Positions 38,090 to 47,300 of a stretch of DNA of 64,000 nucleotides are shown here, one piece after another. This stretch comes from a virus. Its lineage: Duplodnaviria; Heunggongvirae; Uroviricota; Caudoviricetes. Location of the stretch: the IMG/VR virus record IMGVR_UViG_3300011865_000035; one strand, 5' to 3'. Below the pieces are notes generated by a model. That model ran no database searches and had not been told where the DNA came from. It saw nothing but the letters and a program-made list of their open reading frames with translations. Made by a program: the position numbers and the translations under genes. Position 1 is the first letter of the stretch, and each line of letters starts with the position of its first letter.

Positions 38090-39175
38090 ATGTCAGAAAT
38101 AGATTTGCAAAATTTATCCAAGGAAGAACTTATTCAATTAATAAAAGATAAAGAAATTGATTATTTAAATCAAAAAGAAATTGAATTTATAGATGCAGCA
38201 TTAGAAGTACCGGATATAAATCTTGAAAAACTAAAAGAAAGTATTAATGATTTTTCGTTAGATTTATCTTCTCTTGAAAATGAAGAAATAGATAATTCAA
38301 GCGAAATTAAAGATGCTGAAAGAGATATTGAAAAACAAGTAGAAGATATTTCTGAAAATTTTTCTAATGTTGTCTATGAAATAGCGAATCAATTTTATAA
38401 TTCAGTAGAAAAGATAACTGAATTTAAGAAAGAAAATTATCCCGATTTTAGACAATTTATAAGTTGGGAAAGTTTTTTCCAGGATTATTCATTATCTATG
38501 ACCAGTTATATAAGAACTTTACTTGAGTTGGTTCATGAAGATAATAAACATGATTTTTATCAACATGTAATGTATGATAGATATTTGTTAAATAAAGATG
38601 AGTTGGTTTCTTTTTTATTAGGTGATAGTGAAAATATAAAAAATTTTATTGATTTAATCATTAATGACGAAAATTTGGATTCAAAAACCAAAAATTATGG
38701 TTTACTTAAAGCATGTCAAAAACATTATGCACGTGCAGAAATGAATTTAAATGTATTGAATTTATTATTTGAAAAGACAGACATAAAAGAAGAACATATA
38801 ACCCAAGATATGATATTAAATACATTTAACACTAAATTAAATGAAATAACCAGAAACAAAACTAATAATTATCAGTTAGTAGTTGATCAAGCTTTTGAAC
38901 CATTGTTGAAAAAAGGATTATATAAAGAATTTTTCAATTCCACTAATGATAATAAAAATGAGTTTAAAGAAATTTTTAAAGAACCTAATACTCAAAAAGT
39001 TATTCATATGCAACATTATAAAAATAAAGCAGCAGCAGGAGCTTTAATTTTTAAAGATTTTATAGAAATAGCAGGGAATAATAAAGAATTACAAAGTATT
39101 TTAGAAAAAATGTTATTAATTGATGCATTAAATGAAAATTCAAAAAATGAACCAACAGCGAAAAGAAGATTATAA
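38090..39175 (+). CDS. hypothetical protein, C-terminal KRRL
   Basis: 361 aa. Confidence 0.5.
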   Translation: MSEIDLQNLSKEELIQLIKDKEIDYLNQKEIEFIDAALEVPDINLEKLKESINDFSLDLSSLENEEIDNSSEIKDAERDIEKQVEDISENFSNVVYEIANQFYNSVEKITEFKKENYPDFRQFISWESFFQDYSLSMTSYIRTLLELVHEDNKHDFYQHVMYDRYLLNKDELVSFLLGDSENIKNFIDLIINDENLDSKTKNYGLLKACQKHYARAEMNLNVLNLLFEKTDIKEEHITQDMILNTFNTKLNEITRNKTNNYQLVVDQAFEPLLKKGLYKEFFNSTNDNKNEFKEIFKEPNTQKVIHMQHYKNKAAAGALIFKDFIEIAGNNKELQSILEKMLLIDALNENSKNEPTAKRRL

Positions 39176-39186
39176 CAAGGAAAAAT

Positions 39187-40128
39187 ATGAATAAATCAGC
39201 AGAAGAATTATTTTTAACTCAAGCATTAAATGACAATAATATAAATCTCAATATAAAAAATTGGCATAAAGTATTTGAAAAAAAGAAAGTAGGTTATAAA
39301 AAGTTTTATTGTTATGGTAATAATGAAAATGGAATTAGAATTTCTTTTGAAAAAGATTATGAAGAAAAATGTTCATCGTTGAATATTGATAAAACTTTTG
39401 AAAATGTCTCAAATTTAGATGAAAAAGTTGGAACAGTAAGAGAATTGTTCGCAAGAGTGGTTTATCAATCTATTAGTAATGAAATAAATTATCAGTTAAA
39501 AACTAATAAAAATATTAAGGAAGACTTTCCTGAAATAGTAGAATCATTTAATTCGAGTTTGAATGATATATTCAAAGGAAAAATGAATGAATTATCTGTA
39601 AAAAATGTTTTAGATTTATTAAAAAATAAAGATATTTCAATAATAACTGATTTAATAATTGATGACGAAGTTTTATATAAAAATCCTGATATTACATTAT
39701 ATGGTTTCGATACATGTTTTGGAGACGCTAAATTTTTTGAACCTTGTTTGAGTGAAAATCTTGGAATCAAATATAATACAGAAAATTTTAGCATTCGTTT
39801 AATTTGTGATGAAAAAACAGGTATTCCACTTTTAGAAGTAAGTGTTGGAGGAGATTGGGAAGTTGAATTAGTTTTTATTTTTTATTTTGATAAAGAAAAA
39901 GATCAATTTGATTTTTTCTTTGATTATGGAAATAATGACATCTATGATGTTAAGAATAAAATTGCTTATGGAAATGAAGTGGAAGGATACGAAAATTATC
40001 ATGAAGAACAAAGAAATAGAATATATTCTTCTGAAAATCAGAAAGAAATAAGACAAAACATAATTAATCATTTTTTTGAGAAACTTTCAAATAAATATAA
40101 TCAAAACAAGCTAAAAATGAAAAGATAA
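39187..40128 (+). CDS. hypothetical protein
   Basis: 313 aa. A 15-nt tandem repeat spans its stop codon. Confidence 0.5.
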   Translation: MNKSAEELFLTQALNDNNINLNIKNWHKVFEKKKVGYKKFYCYGNNENGIRISFEKDYEEKCSSLNIDKTFENVSNLDEKVGTVRELFARVVYQSISNEINYQLKTNKNIKEDFPEIVESFNSSLNDIFKGKMNELSVKNVLDLLKNKDISIITDLIIDDEVLYKNPDITLYGFDTCFGDAKFFEPCLSENLGIKYNTENFSIRLICDEKTGIPLLEVSVGGDWEVELVFIFYFDKEKDQFDFFFDYGNNDIYDVKNKIAYGNEVEGYENYHEEQRNRIYSSENQKEIRQNIINHFFEKLSNKYNQNKLKMKR

Positions 40129-40151
40129 AATATGAAAAGATAAAATATGAA

Positions 40152-40183
40152 AAGAGAGTCGTCATACTCTCTTTTATTTTTTG
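40152..40183 (+). terminator. rho-independent terminator
   Basis: aagagagt-cgtcat-actctctt followed by ttatttttt. Confidence 0.7.
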
Positions 40184-40195
40184 TGTGAGTTAATG

Positions 40196-41233
40196 TTATA
40201 ATCTTCTAACAGGTTTATCTTCTATAACAGTATCTGTAATATGCTTACTAATTAAATGTTTATCATGTGAAGCTAATAATGCTTCAATATCTGTATTTGG
40301 AATCTTAAAATAAGAAAGTAATGGTAAAATATCGGTTAAATCAGAATTTGGCTGGATCGAAAAAGATGATCTTATTTTTCTATCAATAGCTAAATATTTA
40401 GGGTCAACCCAAAAGCTATTGTATATAGTTCCTTTTTCATAACGAGAATAACGGTAAGGTTGATCTTCCGATTGTTTTAAATGAAAATTAGTAAATAGTA
40501 TTGCATTACAGTTCGGAGAAAGATCACCATATCTAAGATTAATGTTAATTTGTTCAATATTTGAATCTTTATGTAATAAATCAACTAATTCTTCAATATA
40601 AAGGAAACTTTTTAATTGATTAAATTGAGTATGGAGATGTTCTATGTGCATATAGAAAGAATAACGCATTCCTTCTTTAAAAGCATTTAAAGATTTTGGT
40701 AATATTATAGACTCGCCTAAAATTGTGTTATCATAGCCAATCTTCTCCCATTCTAAAGGAGTGTTTAAATTATTAACAATGAAGTTCGGCTGTTTAAATT
40801 CATTAATAATAGAATTTATACCTGAAATTAAACCAAAAGTATGTTTTTCATAAATAGAAAATCGATCTTCTACTGATTGTATATATCTAAAATCATTTAA
40901 TATCTTTTTACATACATCTTGTTTGTTTACAAAATCAGGTAAATTTCTATTTTTTTCATATAAAGTTAATGAAAAATCACTAATAATGTGCAGTGATTGT
41001 CTTGAAATAGAAAAATCTTCGAATCCGTCTTTATTAACTGGAAAAATTTTTAATGTATTATAAAAAGACATTTTATCTTTTATAGAGTCATTATATGTAT
41101 AATCAAAAGCTAATAATTCTTTATTTAACTGATAAGCTGTTTCAATACTTAAAATTAAATCATAAACAACCATATTCTCCATGGTTTTGATTGCTCGATT
41201 AAATTTATCCAGTAATACTTTGCAGTCACTCAT
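40196..41233 (-). CDS. hypothetical protein, C-terminal VRRL
   Basis: 345 aa. Confidence 0.5.
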   Translation of the reverse strand: MSDCKVLLDKFNRAIKTMENMVVYDLILSIETAYQLNKELLAFDYTYNDSIKDKMSFYNTLKIFPVNKDGFEDFSISRQSLHIISDFSLTLYEKNRNLPDFVNKQDVCKKILNDFRYIQSVEDRFSIYEKHTFGLISGINSIINEFKQPNFIVNNLNTPLEWEKIGYDNTILGESIILPKSLNAFKEGMRYSFYMHIEHLHTQFNQLKSFLYIEELVDLLHKDSNIEQININLRYGDLSPNCNAILFTNFHLKQSEDQPYRYSRYEKGTIYNSFWVDPKYLAIDRKIRSSFSIQPNSDLTDILPLLSYFKIPNTDIEALLASHDKHLISKHITDTVIEDKPVRRL

Positions 41234-41362
41234 TTTCAGTCCTTATGGCATATTTTTAATATATTATAAAGTAGATGTACAAAAATAGATAGCTATAATC
41301 TTTATTTATTATATATTTTTACTATAATATAAGAAATACTAAAATTAACAGGAATAGATGAT

Positions 41363-42913
41363 ATGTGGGAAGAAAATGATTATGATGTTATGGAAGATAT
41401 TAAATTTTATCTAAAAGATCATAATATCGATTTGGATAAAAAAGACCAGTCACCGCATTTGATGAATGCTCTATTGGATAAAGCATTATCTTATGAAAAT
41501 GTAAAAGCTCTGGAATATATTATAGATATAGGTTTTGATTTAAAAAAATCTACAATGGAGTTAACTCGTTTATTTGATTCATTAGCAGAAAAAGAATATT
41601 TTACTGCTTTTGTAGAACAATTTAAAAGATTAGGAGTTTTTGATAACCTTAAAAATGAATTACCTAAAGAATATTGTATTCTTTCTACACTTTTCGAAAG
41701 AAATGAACCTAAAAAAATAAAAATCTTATTAGAATCAGGTTATCCAAAAATATTTTCAGGATATTATAATCACATACATTCTTTAATTAATAAAAATAAA
41801 TATGAAGAAGTTAAAAATTTAATAATAGAAGAAGGTTATAGCTTTAATTTATTAACATTCGATAAAATTATTAATTATAAACAAGACGGTAATATTGTTG
41901 ATGTCGTAGATTTACTTATTGATAATGCGAAAAATAATACTCTAGATGAGATTAAAGAAATCAAATCTAAATTATTGGTTGATTTGTTTGCTCAATACCA
42001 TGTAGAGTTAGATGATTTAAAAAAATTAATAAACAAAGAGCCTTATGTTGATTTAGATATTGTACATTTAATGACAAATGTGATGATTATTTCAGGGGAT
42101 TCATTCTATAATGTTTTAGAAAAAAATGATTATGAGAAATTATTATTTTTAAATGAAACACCAATTTTTAATAAAGAAGAAAATAAGAGAAAAATAGAAT
42201 CAATAATATTTAAAAGTATAGAAAAACTTTTATTAAGAGACCAGGTGGATGAATTTAAAGAAATCCTCAATAAGACAAATCAAACACTTGATAAATTTTT
42301 AGAACACCGTCGATATATAATTCAAGAGTTATTTAAATTAAGCAGAGAAGATAGTATTCAGTTTATAAAAGATGTCGCTCCTAAATCACTGGAGAATAAT
42401 AACTTAATTTTAGCTTCTGTTGAATACTCATTAGAGACATGGGAAGAATCTCAGTTTAATAAAAGATTACTAAATTTTATAGGGAATTTTGGTCTAAATG
42501 AAGAAACAATAAATAAAAAATTTGATATCAAAATATCAAAAGAAACCCCTTATAAAGAAACAACCACATTATTTGATTTGGCTATACAATACAGAAATGA
42601 TGAACTGTTTCAAAAAGTAGCTAATTTTCCTGGGTTTGATCTAAATGTTCATATGGAAACTTTGTTTTATTCGACATTAAGAAATAATAGTGTTTATTCT
42701 GATTTATTATATATAACAAAACAACCAGGTTTTGAAATTTTTCCTAATGAAGAAATATTAGCTTTAAGAGAAAAAGCAGAAAATAAAATTGTAAAGGCAG
42801 AAGAAGTACATAATGTGTTGCTTTCATTTTTTGCTGAAAAAGAAAAAGAAATTTTATTAGAAAATTTAAAAGAAAATGGTATTATTAATAAGCCATCGAC
42901 AAGAAGATTATAA
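41363..42913 (+). CDS. hypothetical protein with degenerate ANK-like helices, C-terminal TRRL
   Basis: 516 aa. Confidence 0.5.
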   Translation: MWEENDYDVMEDIKFYLKDHNIDLDKKDQSPHLMNALLDKALSYENVKALEYIIDIGFDLKKSTMELTRLFDSLAEKEYFTAFVEQFKRLGVFDNLKNELPKEYCILSTLFERNEPKKIKILLESGYPKIFSGYYNHIHSLINKNKYEEVKNLIIEEGYSFNLLTFDKIINYKQDGNIVDVVDLLIDNAKNNTLDEIKEIKSKLLVDLFAQYHVELDDLKKLINKEPYVDLDIVHLMTNVMIISGDSFYNVLEKNDYEKLLFLNETPIFNKEENKRKIESIIFKSIEKLLLRDQVDEFKEILNKTNQTLDKFLEHRRYIIQELFKLSREDSIQFIKDVAPKSLENNNLILASVEYSLETWEESQFNKRLLNFIGNFGLNEETINKKFDIKISKETPYKETTTLFDLAIQYRNDELFQKVANFPGFDLNVHMETLFYSTLRNNSVYSDLLYITKQPGFEIFPNEEILALREKAENKIVKAEEVHNVLLSFFAEKEKEILLENLKENGIINKPSTRRL

Positions 42914-42922
42914 GGAAAATAA

Positions 42923-43408
42923 ATGAATAAAATTTTTAAAGCACCTCAAAATGTATTAATACCTGAAAACCATATTTCTTTGTTTTTAGGTGGAAGTATA
43001 GAAAATGGTAAAGCAGATTTATGGCAAGATAAGTTATCTGAAACATTAATAAATAAGTTTAAAAATATCATTATTTTAAATCCCAGACGTGAAAACTGGA
43101 ATAGTGCTTTAAAACAAGATTTAACTAATCCAGAATTTTATGAACAAGTAGACTGGGAATATAATAGTCTTGAAAGCTCAGATTATATCCTTATTTATTT
43201 TCAACCCAATACTTATTCACCTATATCTTTAATGGAACTTGGACTTTTTGCTGCCAACAAAAAAGTTATTGTTTGTTGTCCAGAAGGATTCTGGAGAAAA
43301 GGAAATGTCGATTTTATTTGTAAAAAATTTGAGTTAACTGTAATTGAGAATTATGAAGATATTGTGTCTATATTAGAAAGAGATAAAAACATAATAGTAA
43401 AAGAGTAG
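42923..43408 (+). CDS. nucleoside 2-deoxyribosyltransferase-like (NDT/Rcl flavodoxin-like fold) protein
   Basis: 'ISLFLGGSI' at the N-terminus and 'SPISLMELGLFAANKKVIVCC' resemble NDT-family motifs. Its start is 10 nt after the upstream stop, with SD AAGGA. Confidence 0.45.
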   Translation: MNKIFKAPQNVLIPENHISLFLGGSIENGKADLWQDKLSETLINKFKNIIILNPRRENWNSALKQDLTNPEFYEQVDWEYNSLESSDYILIYFQPNTYSPISLMELGLFAANKKVIVCCPEGFWRKGNVDFICKKFELTVIENYEDIVSILERDKNIIVKE

Positions 43409-43430
43409 CAGATGCTACTCTTTATTTTTA
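43401..43430 (+). terminator. rho-independent terminator
   Basis: agagtagc-agat-gctactct followed by ttatttttaaat. Confidence 0.65.
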
Positions 43431-43481
43431 AATACTGTAAAATAATTTAAACATGATTTTCTTATCTGTTGTACGAAACAG

Positions 43482-44051
43482 TTAACGATTGTTTGCCAGA
43501 AGAAAATCTGCAATTTCTTCCATAGGAATGAAATATGATTCTGTTTTAGTTTTACTCGTTCCAAGAATCATTCCAATAACTTCACCTTGTTTATTATATA
43601 CTGGTCCACCTGACATTCCCTGATAAACTTTTGCATTAACTACGGCTAATTTACAGTTTTTAGTGTAATTAAAATCCTTAAGTATAGAGTAGCCAATAAT
43701 TTTAGCTTTAACTTCTAATTCTTCACTCCTTGCTCCTGGATGTCCATACATAAGAACTTCTTCGCCTAATTTAGATTTTTGGAAAGTGGGAAGATCTTCT
43801 TCTTTATTTTTTTCTGGAATTAATGCAGCATCACAATGTGAATTAAGAAGAAATTTTTGTTGATAGTTTTGGATGTCTCCAATAACATGAATATTAGTTA
43901 AACTATAACTTGGAGAAAATGGGAATTTTGAACCAAGTTTTACAACATTAGTTTGGTAAAAAGCCTGAACAATATCAGACTTTTGTATCGTTGTGCCAGC
44001 AAATGCAACAGGAGTAATAAGAAATGCAATAAAAGTAATAAATTTAAACAT
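43482..44051 (-). CDS. secreted trypsin-like (S1 family) serine peptidase
   Basis: Signal peptide MFKFITFIAFLITPVAFA. The catalytic Ser motif is GMSGGPV (a GDSGGP variant). 'NSHCDAAL' supplies the His. Confidence 0.65.
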   Translation of the reverse strand: MFKFITFIAFLITPVAFAGTTIQKSDIVQAFYQTNVVKLGSKFPFSPSYSLTNIHVIGDIQNYQQKFLLNSHCDAALIPEKNKEEDLPTFQKSKLGEEVLMYGHPGARSEELEVKAKIIGYSILKDFNYTKNCKLAVVNAKVYQGMSGGPVYNKQGEVIGMILGTSKTKTESYFIPMEEIADFLLANNR

Positions 44052-44253
44052 GTTATAGGCTCCTTTTCAATGTCTTTATATTACTACATTTTGAATGTTA
44101 TTGCTACAGATATTTTAATGTGCAATATACCGCTCATTATTATATAAAATAGTTATTAATGAGCAGTATAATACTCATTACCAGATTATAAAACTTAATC
44201 CTTCTGGAATAGCGATATCATGGTTTGTTCTTGTTTAAAAATAATAGCACGAT

Positions 44254-44275
44254 ATAATATATATATATATATAAT
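44254..44275. repeat. (TA)n dinucleotide microsatellite in 5' region of ankyrin gene
   Basis: tataat followed by (at)7-8. It lies downstream of TTGTTT-16-TATAAT. Confidence 0.6.
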
Positions 44276-44293
44276 AAAAAAATAAGGTATCGT

Positions 44294-45283
44294 ATGTCTC
44301 AGTTAAAATATTTAATTTTAAAAGCAAAAGCAAAAATAACCAAAGACGGTGGAGATGAGTGGTTGTTACACATGTATAAAAAAAACATGGATTTAATTAG
44401 CAAAGTTAAAGCTTCCGGAATTCCTTTATCTCAATCTCCTGAAATTTTACCTTTATTATTTTCAAAAGATTCACCTTTAGAACTTTTAAAATTATTTGTT
44501 TCCAGTGGAATAGATATAAATATAAAAGATAAAAATGGTAATTCTTTATTAATGCAACAACCATATAATGTGAATAGTACAAAATATTTGATTAGTAAAG
44601 GTATAGATATTAATGCCGTTAATAATAATGGAGAGAATGCTTTTTTTATGGCAGATTTAGATAATAAAAAATTATTGTTAGAGCATGGTGTTAATAAGAA
44701 TCAAATAAATAAAAAAGGCGAAAATGCATTATTTAAATCTTTGGGTAATTCAGATTATATAAAATTTTTATTAGAAAATGGAGTAAGATCTGATATTTTA
44801 AATAATAATGGTGATTCAATCATTTCATTAAATCCTCAAGTAATAGATATGTTAACAAAAGAACAGCTTAATAAGATTGTAAAATTAAAACCAGGAAATG
44901 AAATATTTAATGATGTTGTTTTTACATTGATAGCCAATTCCATAAAAGGTAGTGCATTGAATGATATCCAAACAATAAAGAAAAAAATGGAAATAGATAA
45001 TACCGATTGGTTTATGATTAATAGTAAAGGAAATAATTTGTATAGTATATGCTTTACAAAAGATATTTTAAGTTTTTTAAATCATAAAGGTGTATCATTA
45101 AATATAAAAAATAAAGATAATGAATCTATGTTTGATTTAATTATGAAAAGACACAATAGTGATCCATTATTTATAGAAAAGTTAAAAGAAATTAAAGTGA
45201 CTCATGATTTAAGAGAACTTAATGAAATATTACCTTTTGATGTAAATATTGCAAAAGATGCAAAACAGAAAAAAAGATTATAA
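44294..45283 (+). CDS. ankyrin-repeat protein, C-terminal KKRL
   Basis: 329 aa with at least 5 ANK units ('KNGNSLLMQQ..LISKGIDINAVNNNGENAFFMA..LLEHGVNKNQINKKGENALFKS..'). Confidence 0.7.
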   Translation: MSQLKYLILKAKAKITKDGGDEWLLHMYKKNMDLISKVKASGIPLSQSPEILPLLFSKDSPLELLKLFVSSGIDINIKDKNGNSLLMQQPYNVNSTKYLISKGIDINAVNNNGENAFFMADLDNKKLLLEHGVNKNQINKKGENALFKSLGNSDYIKFLLENGVRSDILNNNGDSIISLNPQVIDMLTKEQLNKIVKLKPGNEIFNDVVFTLIANSIKGSALNDIQTIKKKMEIDNTDWFMINSKGNNLYSICFTKDILSFLNHKGVSLNIKNKDNESMFDLIMKRHNSDPLFIEKLKEIKVTHDLRELNEILPFDVNIAKDAKQKKRL

Positions 45284-46333
45284 CCTGTTTTTAAATGATT
45301 TTTTTATATGATTGTCATTTTCTAATAAGATATTTAATAGCTCTTTGTTATCAATAGAAATGACTATTTCATTAAATTTGTCTTTTGTTATTGTCGTTTT
45401 CATTAGATCGTAATTATAACCTAATGTGCTTCTGAAAAATGTATAAACAATATCAGATAAATTTTCTTGATTGACAGAAGATGTTATTTCTTTTTTATCT
45501 TTTAAAAAGATATTGGTTAAAGATTCATTGAATGGGACATTAAAAATATTTTTAGTAGAATGTTCTAAAATAGAAATAATCGGTTTTTTATTTTGTTGTT
45601 CCATTTTAAAAGTAAAAGAATCATTCTTATTATACAAGTATTCACATATTTTAGTAATCCCTTGTAATAACTCATCGACATTAGATTTCTGCATATATGA
45701 AATATATGATTCTTCCTTTTTAGATAATAATTCTCTTGATGTCGATAAAAAGAGTGCTGGTTTATCGTTATTATCATAAGAAGTATCAATGAGTATATCA
45801 CTTTCTTGTTTCTGTTTTAAAGAATCTATAAAATTGTTAACATGGTTATCATATGAATTAAGATTATTATTCAATAAAAATTGATTTAATATTTGTTTAT
45901 AAGTGTTAAAACGTTCATCTTTTTGGAAAGACTTGTCATAAATATTTGCTTTTATGATGTTTACTACTAAATCTCTTTTATTTTTGTCGGTGGGTAAATA
46001 AAAGTTAAAACATTCATTTGTTGCCCATAAATCGGCGGTTCTGGAAAGTAGTTGTTTTTCATAAGATTTACCAGTAAGGTTAATACCAGAAGATGCTGAA
46101 AATATTATAGATTCATGTAATCCTTCTAGAGGATCAATATCCTTTTTTATTTTAAATTTAAAATTATTTTTTTTATCTTGTGTAAAAAAATCTTCTACTT
46201 CTAATATTAATAGATTATAAAAATTAAGTTCAGCCGAATTTATAGCATGAAATTCGCTATTATTTAAATTAGTGAAATTTGGAATTTCTTGATTTCTTTT
46301 AGTTAATAAATAATGTTGTAATTTTTTAAACAT
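45278..46333 (-). CDS. hypothetical protein, C-terminal KNRL
   Basis: 351 aa. Its 3' end overlaps the convergent ankyrin gene by 6 nt. Confidence 0.5.
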   Translation of the reverse strand: MFKKLQHYLLTKRNQEIPNFTNLNNSEFHAINSAELNFYNLLILEVEDFFTQDKKNNFKFKIKKDIDPLEGLHESIIFSASSGINLTGKSYEKQLLSRTADLWATNECFNFYLPTDKNKRDLVVNIIKANIYDKSFQKDERFNTYKQILNQFLLNNNLNSYDNHVNNFIDSLKQKQESDILIDTSYDNNDKPALFLSTSRELLSKKEESYISYMQKSNVDELLQGITKICEYLYNKNDSFTFKMEQQNKKPIISILEHSTKNIFNVPFNESLTNIFLKDKKEITSSVNQENLSDIVYTFFRSTLGYNYDLMKTTITKDKFNEIVISIDNKELLNILLENDNHIKKSFKNRL

Positions 46334-46481
46334 AAAATCTCACATATTGATAATTTCTATATAAGATTAATTATAACATATTGATATATTAATGCATTAT
46401 ATGGCGATAATTATTTTACAATAATGCACTAAAAAGATATAATAATAAAATATAATAATAGAGAGATGTAAGGTTTAAAAT

Positions 46482-47288
46482 ATGAATTTAGAAAACTTTT
46501 TTAATAAATTGTCTCCAATTGAAAAAAAAGAGAAATCTGTTTTTTTCTCTCTTGAACAACATCTATTTTATTTTATTACCAATGAATATGAAAAATACAA
46601 TAAAGGTAAACAAAGTTTATTCAATAATACTGTATTATACCCATATGAAAATCATCTTTTATTATCTTTATTTTTTATTATAAATGATTCGAATGCTACA
46701 TTACCAGTTTTGGCAACAAATGATCCAAAATTGAAAAAAAAGATGAACATATTTTCATTATTACAAGAAGAATATAAAGAAAAAATAAGCAAACAAGAAA
46801 TAGATCTATATACTCTGAAGTTATACTACAATCTTATAATAGATTATAAGTTAGTGAATGATATTGATGACTTTCTCAATAAATTTACAAGTAAATTTCA
46901 AGAAATGAAAGTCCCTGCTAAAATAAATATAAAAATGGATTATTTTAGTATATTAAATAAAATGACTGAAAATTTTGAGACTAAGCAAGAATTTGACACT
47001 TTTTTAAACAAATTACATAGTAACCAAAAATTTTATGATGTTAATATTGAATCAATGTTACAAAAGAATGTGCATTTATTAACCAAAGATAATTTACCAA
47101 TAATAAAACTAAATGATTTTTCTATGACAAAGAAAAATAAAAATGGTATTATTTTAATGGATTTATTATCTTCAGGACAAATAGAAGAATTCAGGCCTTT
47201 TTTTGAAAAAGAATTCGCTGAATATGAGAAAAAAAAGATTGAAGCTATTTTAGCAGGCAATCGTATTACAATAAAAAACAGATTATAA
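46482..47288 (+). CDS. hypothetical protein, C-terminal KNRL
   Basis: 268 aa. Confidence 0.5.
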   Translation: MNLENFFNKLSPIEKKEKSVFFSLEQHLFYFITNEYEKYNKGKQSLFNNTVLYPYENHLLLSLFFIINDSNATLPVLATNDPKLKKKMNIFSLLQEEYKEKISKQEIDLYTLKLYYNLIIDYKLVNDIDDFLNKFTSKFQEMKVPAKINIKMDYFSILNKMTENFETKQEFDTFLNKLHSNQKFYDVNIESMLQKNVHLLTKDNLPIIKLNDFSMTKKNKNGIILMDLLSSGQIEEFRPFFEKEFAEYEKKKIEAILAGNRITIKNRL

Positions 47289-47300
47289 AGAGATATAAAA

